Shown here piece after piece: positions 27,717 to 37,509 of a stretch of DNA of 64,000 nt; position 1 is the stretch's first letter, and every line of letters starts with the position of its first letter. The DNA is from Deltaproteobacteria bacterium (GTDB lineage: Bacteria; Desulfobacterota; GWC2-55-46; DRQE01). Location of the stretch: the NCBI GenBank assembly GCA_015492245.1, contig WGFM01000021.1, forward strand, positions 52,584 through 116,583. Direction: 5' to 3'. A program made the translations under genes and the position numbers. Under the pieces are notes generated by a model. The model saw only the letters and a program-made list of their open reading frames with translations, was not told the DNA's origin and did no database searches.

Positions 27717-28370
27717 ATGGAAATAGGGGTCTTGAATGGCACCAGTGAGCAGAACCCTGTAAGGCAATATCAGATAAGCAGGGACATGGGTAAAGAGACA
27801 TTCCTCAAGCTCCTTGTGGCACAGCTTGAACATCAGGATCCGCTCTCACCCATGGACAACACACAGTTTTTGTCGCAACTTGCCCAGTTCTCAACCCTTG
27901 AGGGCATAAACAACCTTGGCTCAGAGTTCAAGACAGTATCCTCTGGCATAAGCTCGCTCAAGAACTATACTGCCTCTTCGCTTGTGGGAAGGCTCGTAAA
28001 GGTTGAAGGCGGGGGATTCGAGTTTACTGGAAGTGCGGTAAGACTTGCCTACTCACTCGATGATGATGCCGCAACGGTTACGGTTACCATACGCGATAGC
28101 CTTGGCAGACCTGTAAAGACCATGAATCCCCAGGGCACCGGAAGGGGAGAGTACGAGGTGCTGTGGGATGGCAAGGACAGGCTCGGAAAGACTGTTGCAC
28201 CAGGGTTTTACCAGATCGATGTCACAGCCGCCGACAAGACCGGAAACACCATCCAGGCAACCACATACATAATGGAACAGATAAGGGGCCTGAAGCTCGA
28301 TGGTGATAAGGTCTATGTAAGTGTTGGTGGAATGACACTTCCACTCGATGACATAAAGGAAATCTATTGA
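27717..28370 (+). CDS. flgD: Hook capping protein FlgD
   Basis: FLKLLVAQLEHQDPLSPMDN..FLSQLAQFS, WDGKD. Confidence 0.96.
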   Translation: MEIGVLNGTSEQNPVRQYQISRDMGKETFLKLLVAQLEHQDPLSPMDNTQFLSQLAQFSTLEGINNLGSEFKTVSSGISSLKNYTASSLVGRLVKVEGGGFEFTGSAVRLAYSLDDDAATVTVTIRDSLGRPVKTMNPQGTGRGEYEVLWDGKDRLGKTVAPGFYQIDVTAADKTGNTIQATTYIMEQIRGLKLDGDKVYVSVGGMTLPLDDIKEIY

Positions 28371-28393
28371 CCTAAACAAAGGAGGTAAGGGCC

Positions 28394-30043
28394 ATGCAGA
28401 CATCACTGTTTACAGGCATAAGCGGGCTTAATGCAAACATGTCGTCTCTGTCTATAATAGGCAACAACATAGCCAATGTGAATACCGTAGGGTTCAAGGC
28501 AAGTAGGGCCACCTTTGCTGACATATTGAGCCAGAGCATAGAGGGTGTTGCAAGCCCCAAGCAGATAGGGCTCGGTGTAACCATGAGCAGTATAGAGAAG
28601 ATATTCAGCCAGGGTGCGTTCGAGACCACATCCAGTGGGCTTGATCTTGCCATAAGTGGAAGTGGGTTCTTCATCCTCAAGGACTCAACGGGTACATTCT
28701 ACTCGAGGGCAGGGCAGTTCCATATCGATAGAGAGGGCTACCTTGTCAATCCAGAGGGACTGAAGGTGCAGGGATACATGGCCAATGCATCCGGGGTGTT
28801 GCAGAATACTGTAACGGATGTTCAGCTTTCAACAAGTGCCATAGGACCAAACCCAACGAGCACCATATCTGTTACTGCCAACCTCAACTCCAATGCACCC
28901 ATAACAGGTTATGTGTTCACACTGGGCTCAAACGATACCATACGATTCAGCGTGGATGGTGGTATTTCGTGGATAGATGCAAGTCTTGTAAGCGATGGTG
29001 GACTTACCGCAGGACTTGCCTATGATGGTGGCAGTGTGGCAGCAGCCATAAAGAACGCGCTGGAGGTAAAAAATGGAAATACCGACAAATACACGGTGGA
29101 ATACGATGACCAGAGAGGAATGTATACCATAACGAATGATACCGGAAATTCAGCCACACTCACAATAGACTGGACAGGCAGTAATGCCGCCACATTGCTT
29201 GGTTTCGACAACACAACAACCGATACCATAGCCGTTGGCTCCAGTGCCAGTAGCGATGATGCAGGAGGTGCCTTCTTCCTCTCCAACGCTGGTGAGACAT
29301 CGAACTTCTCGGTGCCACTAACGGTCTACGACTCCCTCGGTAACGATCATCTGGTAACCCTCTACTTCAGAAAGGATTCTCTTACCTCCATAGGGAATAC
29401 CTGGGAGTGGTATGCTGTGGTGAATGATACCGATACATACAGCGGCAACACGGAGATACAGGCCCAGGGCACCATCACCTTCGATACCAATGGGGCGCTC
29501 TACATAGAGAGTGGAATAACCTATCCCACAGGCGGATTCGATTTTGCAGGCGGTTCCCAGCTGGACCAGATTATAGATTTTGAGTTCGGCACGAGCATAG
29601 CAGAAGGTGGCAAGGGAACAGACGGGGTTACCCAGTACGGGGTTGCATCAGGGGTCTCAAGCCTTACCCAGGATGGCTATGCCGCAGGCTCCCTGCAGAG
29701 GATTTCGGTGAATCAGGAGGGTATAATAGAGGGTATATTCTCGAACGGCAGAAGCAGGGTCCTCGCACAGATACTCCTTGCAGATTTCCCCAGTGAGGTT
29801 GGACTCGCAAGCGCTGGAAAGAACCTCTACAGCGAGACCTATGACTCAGGACAGCCACTTCTGGGAAGCCCCGGAACATCGGGAAGGGGTTACATTCAGA
29901 CAAACACGCTCGAGCTCTCCAATGTGGATATTGCTCAGGAGTTCGTAAATATGATTACCGCTCAGAGGGGGTTTCAGGCAAACTCAAGGATCATACTTAC
30001 AACAGACGAAATCCTTGGTGAGTTGGTAAACCTCAAGCGATAG
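28394..30043 (+). CDS. flgE: Flagellar hook protein FlgE
   Basis: GNNIANVNTVGFK, YSRAGQF, YDSLG, LELSNVD, QRGFQAN. Confidence 0.96.
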   Translation: MQTSLFTGISGLNANMSSLSIIGNNIANVNTVGFKASRATFADILSQSIEGVASPKQIGLGVTMSSIEKIFSQGAFETTSSGLDLAISGSGFFILKDSTGTFYSRAGQFHIDREGYLVNPEGLKVQGYMANASGVLQNTVTDVQLSTSAIGPNPTSTISVTANLNSNAPITGYVFTLGSNDTIRFSVDGGISWIDASLVSDGGLTAGLAYDGGSVAAAIKNALEVKNGNTDKYTVEYDDQRGMYTITNDTGNSATLTIDWTGSNAATLLGFDNTTTDTIAVGSSASSDDAGGAFFLSNAGETSNFSVPLTVYDSLGNDHLVTLYFRKDSLTSIGNTWEWYAVVNDTDTYSGNTEIQAQGTITFDTNGALYIESGITYPTGGFDFAGGSQLDQIIDFEFGTSIAEGGKGTDGVTQYGVASGVSSLTQDGYAAGSLQRISVNQEGIIEGIFSNGRSRVLAQILLADFPSEVGLASAGKNLYSETYDSGQPLLGSPGTSGRGYIQTNTLELSNVDIAQEFVNMITAQRGFQANSRIILTTDEILGELVNLKR

Positions 30044-30070
30044 GTTCTCTGGCACCTCACCTCCTCCCTC

Positions 30071-30112
30071 AGGGCCAGGCCGCCTTCGAAGGCGGCCTGG
30101 CCTTTTTGGTTT
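30071..30112 (+). terminator. Intrinsic terminator after flgE
   Basis: Perfect palindrome GGCCAGGCCGCCTTCGAAGGCGGCCTGGCC (30073-30102) followed by T runs. Confidence 0.9.
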
Positions 30113-30123
30113 TGTCGTGGATG

Positions 30124-30160
30124 GTCAGATTTATGACGCATGTAAGTCAAAAGGACTGAC
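30124..30160. promoter_or_regulatory. Tandem candidate enhancer boxes (FleQ-type)
   Basis: GTCAGATTTATGAC (30124-30137) and GTCAAAAGGACTGAC (30146-30160); IHF-like CAATATGCTGATT at 30182-30194. Confidence 0.6.
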
Positions 30161-30223
30161 CCCCGGCCAGCCATGAATATGCAATATGCTGATTTCATTG
30201 GGTTTTAATGATACTGCTGCGAA

Positions 30224-30239
30224 TGGCACAACTATTGCA
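30224..30239 (+). promoter_or_regulatory. Sigma54 promoter of fliL operon
   Basis: TGGCAC-AACTA-TTGCA. Confidence 0.85.
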
Positions 30240-30267
30240 AAATAATTGTAACAAAGGAGGTTCTGAA

Positions 30268-30747
30268 ATGAACAAGAAACTGATCATGATAATAGCAGGG
30301 GTTGTGGTGGCACTAATTGTTGCAGGAGGTGGGGCCTACTTCATGCTCAAAGGTGGCGCAGGCGCAGGCGGAGGCGGACACACTAAAAGTTCAAAGAGTT
30401 CTGGCCATGGTGGAGGAGGGCATGGTTCGTCAGATACTGCAGATGCCCATAATCTCTACAAACTCGACCCATTCATAGTAAACCTTCAGGACAACTCCGG
30501 CACAAGGTATCTCAAGGTTACGGTAAACCTTGAGCTCGAAGGAGACGGCAGTAAAGAAGATATAGATCGGCTCATGCCCAAGATAAGGGACTCGCTGATA
30601 ATACTTCTGAGCAGCAAGAGCTACAACGAGATAGGCTCTGTGGAAGGCAAATACAGGCTGAGAGAAGAGATGGTAGAGAGGATAAATAGCATATTGAAAG
30701 ATGGTAAGGTCCTGACAGCATACTTCACAGAGTTCGTTATTCAATAA
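30268..30747 (+). CDS. fliL: Flagellar protein FliL
   Basis: N-terminal TM, PFIVNL, IRD..I.LLSSK, YFTEFVIQ; AAGGAGG before ATG 30268. Confidence 0.94.
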   Translation: MNKKLIMIIAGVVVALIVAGGGAYFMLKGGAGAGGGGHTKSSKSSGHGGGGHGSSDTADAHNLYKLDPFIVNLQDNSGTRYLKVTVNLELEGDGSKEDIDRLMPKIRDSLIILLSSKSYNEIGSVEGKYRLREEMVERINSILKDGKVLTAYFTEFVIQ

Positions 30748-30767
30748 GGCCACAGGGGAGCTACAAC

Positions 30768-31754
30768 ATGGCAGACCAGATACTTACACAGAACGAGGTG
30801 GATGCACTCCTTAAGGGTATATCCGATGGAAAGATAAAGGTAAGGAAAGAAGAGAAAGAAGAGGGGCCGGGGGAAGAAAAACTTCTCAAGTGGAACTTTG
30901 CCAAACACGCCAAGGTGAAAAGACAGCGCATGCCCGTGCTGGAGATGGTGGCCGACAGGTTCTCAAAAGAGGTACGCCACCCCCTATCTATACTTCTCAA
31001 GCAGGACATAGAGGTTACACCAGATGGCGTCAGGAGCGAGAGATACGGAGACTTCATAAGACAGCTTCCATTGCCATCGAGCATAAACATGTTCCAGATG
31101 CCACCGCTCAAGGGACAGGGTCTTCTCGTTATAGACCCAAATCTGGCATTCCAGGTGGTGGCAAACTACTTTGGTGGAACATCACGGTTCAACAACAAGG
31201 TGGAGGGCAGAGAGTTCACCAACATAGAGCAGATGGTCATAAAGAAGTTCATAGCTATCGTCTTCAAACACCTGGCAAATGTGTGGAAGACCATACATCC
31301 CATAGAGCTAAAATATGTCCGCACAGAGACCAACCCACAGTATGTAACCATCATCTCGCCTACAGATACTATGATCATAATAGAGTTCTCAGCAGAGGTG
31401 GATGGCATGCAGAACAGGTTCTACCTGTGTATGCCCTACTTCTCCATAGAGCCCATAAAGGAAAAACTCCATGGTGGCACAGAGGTCATAGAGACGGATC
31501 CCCACTGGTCATCACGCCTTAAGGAGAAGGTTATGACCATACCGCTCACACTCACAGGGGTCATGGGCTATGCAGACCTCATGCTCTCTGAAATAGTGAA
31601 ACTCAAGGAGGGGGACATAATAAGGCTCGATGCAAGAGAGAATGATCCCGTTGAGGTGTTCATAGAGGGTATACCAAAATTTATAGCAAGGGCTGGACTT
31701 GTGGGAAAAAACTACTCGCTTGAGATACTGGCGGCAATCAAGGAAGGAGGTTGA
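30768..31754 (+). CDS. fliM: Flagellar motor switch protein FliM
   Basis: ILTQNEVDALL CheY-binding peptide, FGG, REFT.IE. Confidence 0.95.
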   Translation: MADQILTQNEVDALLKGISDGKIKVRKEEKEEGPGEEKLLKWNFAKHAKVKRQRMPVLEMVADRFSKEVRHPLSILLKQDIEVTPDGVRSERYGDFIRQLPLPSSINMFQMPPLKGQGLLVIDPNLAFQVVANYFGGTSRFNNKVEGREFTNIEQMVIKKFIAIVFKHLANVWKTIHPIELKYVRTETNPQYVTIISPTDTMIIIEFSAEVDGMQNRFYLCMPYFSIEPIKEKLHGGTEVIETDPHWSSRLKEKVMTIPLTLTGVMGYADLMLSEIVKLKEGDIIRLDARENDPVEVFIEGIPKFIARAGLVGKNYSLEILAAIKEGG

Positions 31755-31759
31755 AGGAA

Positions 31760-32182
31760 ATGGTGGAAGATGCAAAGAGTGTGGAAGAAGAAGGCCAGCA
31801 GACAACAAACCATCAGCAAGGCCAGGAGCATGGCTCAGGCTCTGCAGATGGTGCCGGTAAGGAAGAGCTGAAGGACCCGAACTTCTCTGAGCTTGGCGGA
31901 GAGACCAGGGGGGGAGCAACAATATCCAACATAGATATGATTATGGACATACCTGTTACCGTAAGTGTGGAACTCGGCAGAACGAAACTCCTCATAAGTG
32001 AGCTGCTCGGGCTCGGGCAGGGTTCTGTTGTAGAGCTCAAAAAACTTGCCGGTGAACCGGTGGAGGTGCTGGTGAATGGAAAGCTTATCGCAAGGGGAGA
32101 AGTGGTGGTGGTCGATGAAAAGTTCGGTATAAAACTCACAGACATTGTAAGCATTACAGAAAGGATAAACAGGCTGAAATGA
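31760..32182 (+). CDS. fliN: Flagellar motor switch protein FliN
   Basis: MDIPVTVSVELGRT, GEVVVVDEKFG. Confidence 0.95.
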   Translation: MVEDAKSVEEEGQQTTNHQQGQEHGSGSADGAGKEELKDPNFSELGGETRGGATISNIDMIMDIPVTVSVELGRTKLLISELLGLGQGSVVELKKLAGEPVEVLVNGKLIARGEVVVVDEKFGIKLTDIVSITERINRLK

Positions 32183-32559
32183 TGGAGTCCTATGGCTATC
32201 AGCTTCTGAAGGTGGTTGCAAGCCTCCTTGTAGTACTCGGGCTTATGGGAGGTGTGATGGCTGTCTTGAAATTCTTCATGCAGAAAAGAGGGAACGGTGG
32301 TGCAGGCAGACTGCCTGTGAAGATACTCGGAAGAGGTTTCATAGGCTACAAGAAAGACATAGTGGTCGTGGATGTGGCTGGCGAAACGCTCATACTGGGC
32401 ATTACGGCAGACAGCATTGTGTGTCTTGGAAGGCTTGAAGACAGGGCAGCCGTGGAAAGGTTCAAAAAAGGGGAAAAGACAGAGAACAACCCGCTTATAG
32501 AGAGGATTCTGAGCAAGCTCAATGAGCCTGCGATAAAACGCAAGAGGGCTACAGGGTAG
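32179..32559 (+). CDS. fliO: Flagellar biosynthesis protein FliO
   Basis: TM + IVVVDVAGETLILGIT; between fliN and fliP. Confidence 0.88.
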   Translation: MMESYGYQLLKVVASLLVVLGLMGGVMAVLKFFMQKRGNGGAGRLPVKILGRGFIGYKKDIVVVDVAGETLILGITADSIVCLGRLEDRAAVERFKKGEKTENNPLIERILSKLNEPAIKRKRATG

Positions 32560-32562
32560 AAG

Positions 32563-33294
32563 ATGAGGTGTATGGCTATTATCCTTACAATTGTTGTAAC
32601 ACTTGTGTTTCCTGCACTGGTTCCTGCACAAACACCACAGATAACACTGAGCCTCGGTGACGTGGATGAAGGGCTTGGTCCGGCAATTCAAATAGTCATA
32701 CTGCTTACCATACTCACTCTACTTCCATCCGTACTCATAATGATGACCTCCTTTACAAGGCTCATCATAGTATTCTCTCTTCTGAGGCAGGCCCTGGGGG
32801 TTCAGCATGCCCCACCAAACCAGGTGCTCATAGGGATGGCGTTGTTTCTCACCATGTTCATAATGCATCCAACTTTCAGCAAGGTCAACACACTTGCCAT
32901 AGAGCCTTACAGGGACGGAACGATAGGTGTGGAAGAGGCCCTTACAAGATCTTCAGAGCCACTCAAGGAGTTTATGCTAAACAATGTCAGGGAGAAGGAA
33001 CTCATCCTTTTTTCCAAACTCTCCGGCAAGGAGTATGGGTCAAAAGAAGAGCTGCCATTCCATGTGGTGGTGCCTGCGTTCGTCATAAGTGAGCTCAAGA
33101 CGGCCTTCCAGATAGGGTTTCTCATATACCTGCCATTTCTCGTAATAGACATGGTCATAGCGAGTGTCTTGATGTCCATGGGTATGATGATGCTGCCACC
33201 TGTTATGATTTCATTGCCATTCAAGCTATTGCTCTTTGTGCTCGTAGATGGGTGGTATCTGCTCGTTGGCTCACTTGTGGAGGGTTTCAACTGA
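32563..33294 (+). CDS. fliP: Flagellar export protein FliP
   Basis: MTSFTR, PPNQVL, SELKTAFQIGF, MGMMMLPP. Confidence 0.97.
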   Translation: MRCMAIILTIVVTLVFPALVPAQTPQITLSLGDVDEGLGPAIQIVILLTILTLLPSVLIMMTSFTRLIIVFSLLRQALGVQHAPPNQVLIGMALFLTMFIMHPTFSKVNTLAIEPYRDGTIGVEEALTRSSEPLKEFMLNNVREKELILFSKLSGKEYGSKEELPFHVVVPAFVISELKTAFQIGFLIYLPFLVIDMVIASVLMSMGMMMLPPVMISLPFKLLLFVLVDGWYLLVGSLVEGFN

Positions 33295-33307
33295 TGGAGG
33301 GTTCGGT

Positions 33308-33577
33308 ATGACACCAGAGTTCGTGGCAACCATAGGCAGACACACGATAGAGGTGGCACTGATGGTAAGTGCTCCCATACTCATAGCCGGCATGGTGGTG
33401 GGACTTGTTGTCAGCATACTCCAGGCGGTAACACAGATACAGGAGATGACATTGACATTTGTCCCGAAGATTATAGCAGTATTCATAGCACTCATCATAT
33501 TCGCCCCATGGATGATGGAGGCGATGGTGCGGTTTACAGCCGAGATACTGAACAACCTGCCACTATACATAAGGTAG
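33308..33577 (+). CDS. fliQ: Flagellar export protein FliQ
   Basis: QAVTQIQEMTLTFVPKI. Confidence 0.96.
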   Translation: MTPEFVATIGRHTIEVALMVSAPILIAGMVVGLVVSILQAVTQIQEMTLTFVPKIIAVFIALIIFAPWMMEAMVRFTAEILNNLPLYIR

Positions 33578-33581
33578 AGAT

Positions 33582-34352
33582 ATGGAGCTACTCGGGTTCG
33601 CCATAGACAATGCAACCACATTCATGTTCGTATTTGTAAGGACCATATCCATACTCGTCGTTACCCCTGTGCTCGGCTCATGGGGGGTGCCTGTAAGGAT
33701 GAAGGTGGCACTCTCGGTGATACTGGCACTCACTTTAACATCCGTCATTCCGCCTGTTGGTATGCCAGAGGATCTTGTGGGGCTTCTGTTTATAGTCTTT
33801 TCAGAGGTGCTTTTCGGTGTAACCATAGGGCTTCTCATAAAGTTCATATTCACAGGCGTTGAGTTTGCCGGGCAGATAAGTGGTTTTCAGATGGGGCTTG
33901 GAATGGCAAATGTGTATGACCCCATAAACAGTGTGCAGATAACGGTTATAGGAAGGTTCCTCGGAATGATGGCCATGCTCGTCTTTATAGCCATGGATGG
34001 ACACCTTCTCATAATACAGACCCTGTGGAGCAGTTTCATCCATGTGCCACCTGCAGGGTTTACTATGAACGGCAGAATGATAGCCCATATAGTGGAGTTC
34101 TCAGGGGTGGTCTTCGAGATAGCGGTAAAGCTTGCAGCCCCTGTTGTTGCAACACTTATATTCATAAATGCGGTGCTCGGCATAATGGCAAGAACAGTGC
34201 CACAGCTCAACATGTTCGTGGTGGGCTTTGCCATAACCATAATGGCAGGACTCTTTATCATAGCCATGTCAATGCCCCTTACAGAGTATGTGATAAGGGG
34301 TTTCCTGGACAGGATGTGGCTTGATGTAGCACGCTTCATAAGGATTGCATAG
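33582..34352 (+). CDS. fliR: Flagellar export protein FliR
   Basis: AGQ..GFQMGL, DGH, RTVPQLNMFVVG. Confidence 0.95.
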   Translation: MELLGFAIDNATTFMFVFVRTISILVVTPVLGSWGVPVRMKVALSVILALTLTSVIPPVGMPEDLVGLLFIVFSEVLFGVTIGLLIKFIFTGVEFAGQISGFQMGLGMANVYDPINSVQITVIGRFLGMMAMLVFIAMDGHLLIIQTLWSSFIHVPPAGFTMNGRMIAHIVEFSGVVFEIAVKLAAPVVATLIFINAVLGIMARTVPQLNMFVVGFAITIMAGLFIIAMSMPLTEYVIRGFLDRMWLDVARFIRIA

Positions 34353-34354
34353 CC

Positions 34355-35416
34355 ATGGCAGATGACTGGAAGGAAAAGACCGAAGCGCCTACGCAGAAAA
34401 AGAGGGACGAGGCAAGAGAAAGTGGAGATGTGGCCACCAGCCGGGAGGTTGCAACCTTCTTCGTGATAATGGGTGGGCTGGTGGTGATCTGGTTTGCAGG
34501 GGTGAAGATGCTCGAAGGCATGGGTGTGTTTATGAAACACTCGCTCAGCTTAAGCAACGCAGACTTTACAGCACATGGCATTCAGAGGTTGTTGGAGTCC
34601 ACCATAGAAGACCTTGCATGGATAGTAGCCCCCATACTGATAATCCCTGTGTTCGGTGTGGCAGCCTTTCTGGTGCAGAACGGCTGGCTGTGGACATCCA
34701 AACCACTGACACCAAATCTTGCCAAGCTCAATCCTGTCGAGGGAGCAAAGAAGATATTCTCCGCAGCAGCCTTTGCAGAGCTTTTCAAGTCCCTTGTGAA
34801 GATAGCAATTCTACTGTGGGTGGTCGTAGATTGCGTGAGGGACGAGTGGCAGAACATACCACTGCTTGTGGATATGGACCCATGGTCCACATTCGCCTAT
34901 GGAGGAAAACTTACCCTCAAGGTGGTTGTCAACTCGGCATGGGTGCTCGGGCTTATAGCACTGCTCGACTATATGTTCCAGCGCTGGCAGTATGAGAGGA
35001 AGTTGAGGATGTCAAAGGAAGAGGTGAAGGAGGAATCGAAAAATACAGAGGGAGACCCGCTTGTAAAGGTGAGGATAAGAAGTGTGCAGCGTCAGCTCGC
35101 ACGCCAGAGGATGATGGAGAGTGTCAAAGAGGCAGATGTGGTCGTGAGAAATCCCACACATGTGGCTGTTGCCCTGAAATACGACAGGGCGAAGATGAGG
35201 GCACCAAAAGTGGTGGCAAAGGGAAGAGGACTTGTGGCAGAGAAGATAATAGAGATAGCACATAAACACGATGTGCCAGTGGTGGAGAACAGAGAGCTTG
35301 CCAGAACACTCTTTAAACTCGTTGAGATAGGCATGGAGATACCTGCCACACTCTACAGGGCTGTGGCAGAACTACTCGCATATGTGTATTCGGTAAGAAG
35401 AGGTGTGAGGGGATAG
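34355..35416 (+). CDS. flhB: Flagellar export protein FlhB
   Basis: EKTEAPT, EGDP, NPTH autocleavage site. Confidence 0.97.
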   Translation: MADDWKEKTEAPTQKKRDEARESGDVATSREVATFFVIMGGLVVIWFAGVKMLEGMGVFMKHSLSLSNADFTAHGIQRLLESTIEDLAWIVAPILIIPVFGVAAFLVQNGWLWTSKPLTPNLAKLNPVEGAKKIFSAAAFAELFKSLVKIAILLWVVVDCVRDEWQNIPLLVDMDPWSTFAYGGKLTLKVVVNSAWVLGLIALLDYMFQRWQYERKLRMSKEEVKEESKNTEGDPLVKVRIRSVQRQLARQRMMESVKEADVVVRNPTHVAVALKYDRAKMRAPKVVAKGRGLVAEKIIEIAHKHDVPVVENRELARTLFKLVEIGMEIPATLYRAVAELLAYVYSVRRGVRG

Positions 35417-35420
35417 AAGG

Positions 35421-37508
35421 ATGGATATAAGCGGTGTGTTCAGAAATATGGAACACCTTAAAAAGAGTGGAGAGTTCCTGCTGCCACTGGGTGTGGTTGG
35501 AATACTTGCGGTTATGGTACTTCCCATGCCACCGTTCATCATGGATATGCTCCTTACATTCAACATTACATTTGCAGTGATAATACTGCTCGTTGCCATC
35601 CATATCAAGAAACCGCTTGAGTTTGCCACATTCCCCACCATACTGCTCGTTGCAACACTTTTAAGACTTTCACTCAATGTGGCAACTACAAGGCTCATAC
35701 TTCTGCACGGTGGCGATGGAGTGGACGCAGCAGGGCAGGTGATAAAATCTTTCGGTAACTTCGTTGTTGGTGGAAACTACACGGTGGGGTTCGTGGTCTT
35801 CTGCATACTGGTTATCATAAACTTTGTGGTTATAACAAAAGGTGCCGGCAGGATAGCCGAGGTGTCAGCACGCTTCACACTGGATGCCATGCCAGGAAAA
35901 CAGATGAGTATAGATGCAGACCTCAATGCAGGCCTTATAGGTGAGGAAGAGGCACGCAGGAGAAGAGAGGAGATAGCAAAAGAGGCCGACTTCTATGGAG
36001 CCATGGATGGTGCGAGCAAGTTCGTAAGGGGAGATGCAGTGGCAGGAATACTCATAACCCTTATAAACATAGGTGGAGGGCTTGCCATAGGTGTGCTCCA
36101 GCAGGGACTGGCCATATCAGATGCGGCAAGGACATACACACTCCTTACAGTTGGTGATGGACTTGTAGCCCAGATACCCGCACTCATAATATCCACCGCT
36201 GCGGGTATAGTGGTATCCACAGTCAGTGCAGATACAGGTCTCAATGTAAAACTTGGAAAACAGTTCATGGAATATCCACAGCCAATAATGATGGCAGGTG
36301 CAATATTGTTCGTGTTCGGGCTTGTGCCGGGGCTGCCGCAGATTCCTTTCTTCGTGCTTTCCACAGGTGCCTTTGCAGTGGGCTATGCCATATTGAGGGC
36401 ACGGAAAAAACAGAGAGAGAGGGAGCAGGAAAAGAAGGCCATTGAGAAGAAGGCAAAGAAGAAGACCGCAGACATAATAGAAGAGATTGCACTGCCAGAT
36501 ACCCTCGCCCTCGAGATAGGCTACAGGCTCATTCCCCTTGTGGATGAAGGCGAGGGCGCAGAACTTCTCGAGAGAATAAGGGGTATAAGAAGACAGTTCG
36601 CAGAAGAGATGGGGCTTATGGTGCCCCCGGTGCACATAAAGGATAATCTGCAGCTCAAACCATCTGAATATGTGTTCTTCATAAAGGGGCTCGAGGTGGG
36701 CAGGGGCGAACTCATGGTGGGCTACATGCTTGCCCTGAACCCTGGAAATGCAACAGAGGGGCTCGAGGGCATACCAACCAAAGACCCTGCCTTCGGGCTT
36801 CCAGCCCTCTGGATACCAGAGAAGGAAAAAGAAAGGGCACAGCTTATGGGGTATACGGTGGTCAGCCCATCGGCCGTGATAGCAACCCATATAAGTGAGC
36901 TCGTAAAGGCGAACTGCGAGGAACTCCTGGGCAGACAGGAAGTGCAGAACCTCCTCGACAAGGTGGCAAAGACACATCCCAAGATAATAGAGGAGCTTGT
37001 GCCCAACATACTCAATGTGGGAGCCATACAGAAAGTACTGCACAACCTTCTGAAAGAGGGAATATCCATAAGGGATATTCACACCATACTGGAAACCCTT
37101 GCAGACTACGGGAGCACAACCAAAGACCCTGATACCCTTACAGAATATGTGAGGATGAGGCTCAGAAGACGAATATCCAGAACATGCCAGATGGCAGACG
37201 GAAGAATACCTGTGATAACACTCGCCCACCAGATAGAGGAGGCAATAGCGCAGTCCATAAAACAGACGCAGCATGGCTCCTACCTTGCACTGGAGCCGAC
37301 AAAGGCAAACAGCATAATAAATGCAGCAGCAGAGGTGGCAGAAGAGGTGCTCAAAACAGGTGTACAGCCGGCGATACTCGTCTCTCCAGAGATACGGCGC
37401 TTTGTAAGGGGGCTTATAGAAAGAAGACTCCCATCCGTTGCCGTGCTCTCCTACAACGAGATTGCAGACAATGTAAGAATAGAAACCCTTAAGGTGGTGA
37501 ATATCTGA
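35421..37508 (+). CDS. flhA: Flagellar export protein FlhA
   Basis: RIAEVSARFTLDAMPGKQMSIDADL, FYGAMDGASKFV. Confidence 0.97.
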   Translation: MDISGVFRNMEHLKKSGEFLLPLGVVGILAVMVLPMPPFIMDMLLTFNITFAVIILLVAIHIKKPLEFATFPTILLVATLLRLSLNVATTRLILLHGGDGVDAAGQVIKSFGNFVVGGNYTVGFVVFCILVIINFVVITKGAGRIAEVSARFTLDAMPGKQMSIDADLNAGLIGEEEARRRREEIAKEADFYGAMDGASKFVRGDAVAGILITLINIGGGLAIGVLQQGLAISDAARTYTLLTVGDGLVAQIPALIISTAAGIVVSTVSADTGLNVKLGKQFMEYPQPIMMAGAILFVFGLVPGLPQIPFFVLSTGAFAVGYAILRARKKQREREQEKKAIEKKAKKKTADIIEEIALPDTLALEIGYRLIPLVDEGEGAELLERIRGIRRQFAEEMGLMVPPVHIKDNLQLKPSEYVFFIKGLEVGRGELMVGYMLALNPGNATEGLEGIPTKDPAFGLPALWIPEKEKERAQLMGYTVVSPSAVIATHISELVKANCEELLGRQEVQNLLDKVAKTHPKIIEELVPNILNVGAIQKVLHNLLKEGISIRDIHTILETLADYGSTTKDPDTLTEYVRMRLRRRISRTCQMADGRIPVITLAHQIEEAIAQSIKQTQHGSYLALEPTKANSIINAAAEVAEEVLKTGVQPAILVSPEIRRFVRGLIERRLPSVAVLSYNEIADNVRIETLKVVNI

Positions 37509-37509
37509 C

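Noticed and set aside
30073-30102. Perfect 30-bp palindrome as REP/MITE or CRISPR repeat
   Set aside because: Single copy, directly after a stop codon and followed by a T tract, so it is an intrinsic terminator.
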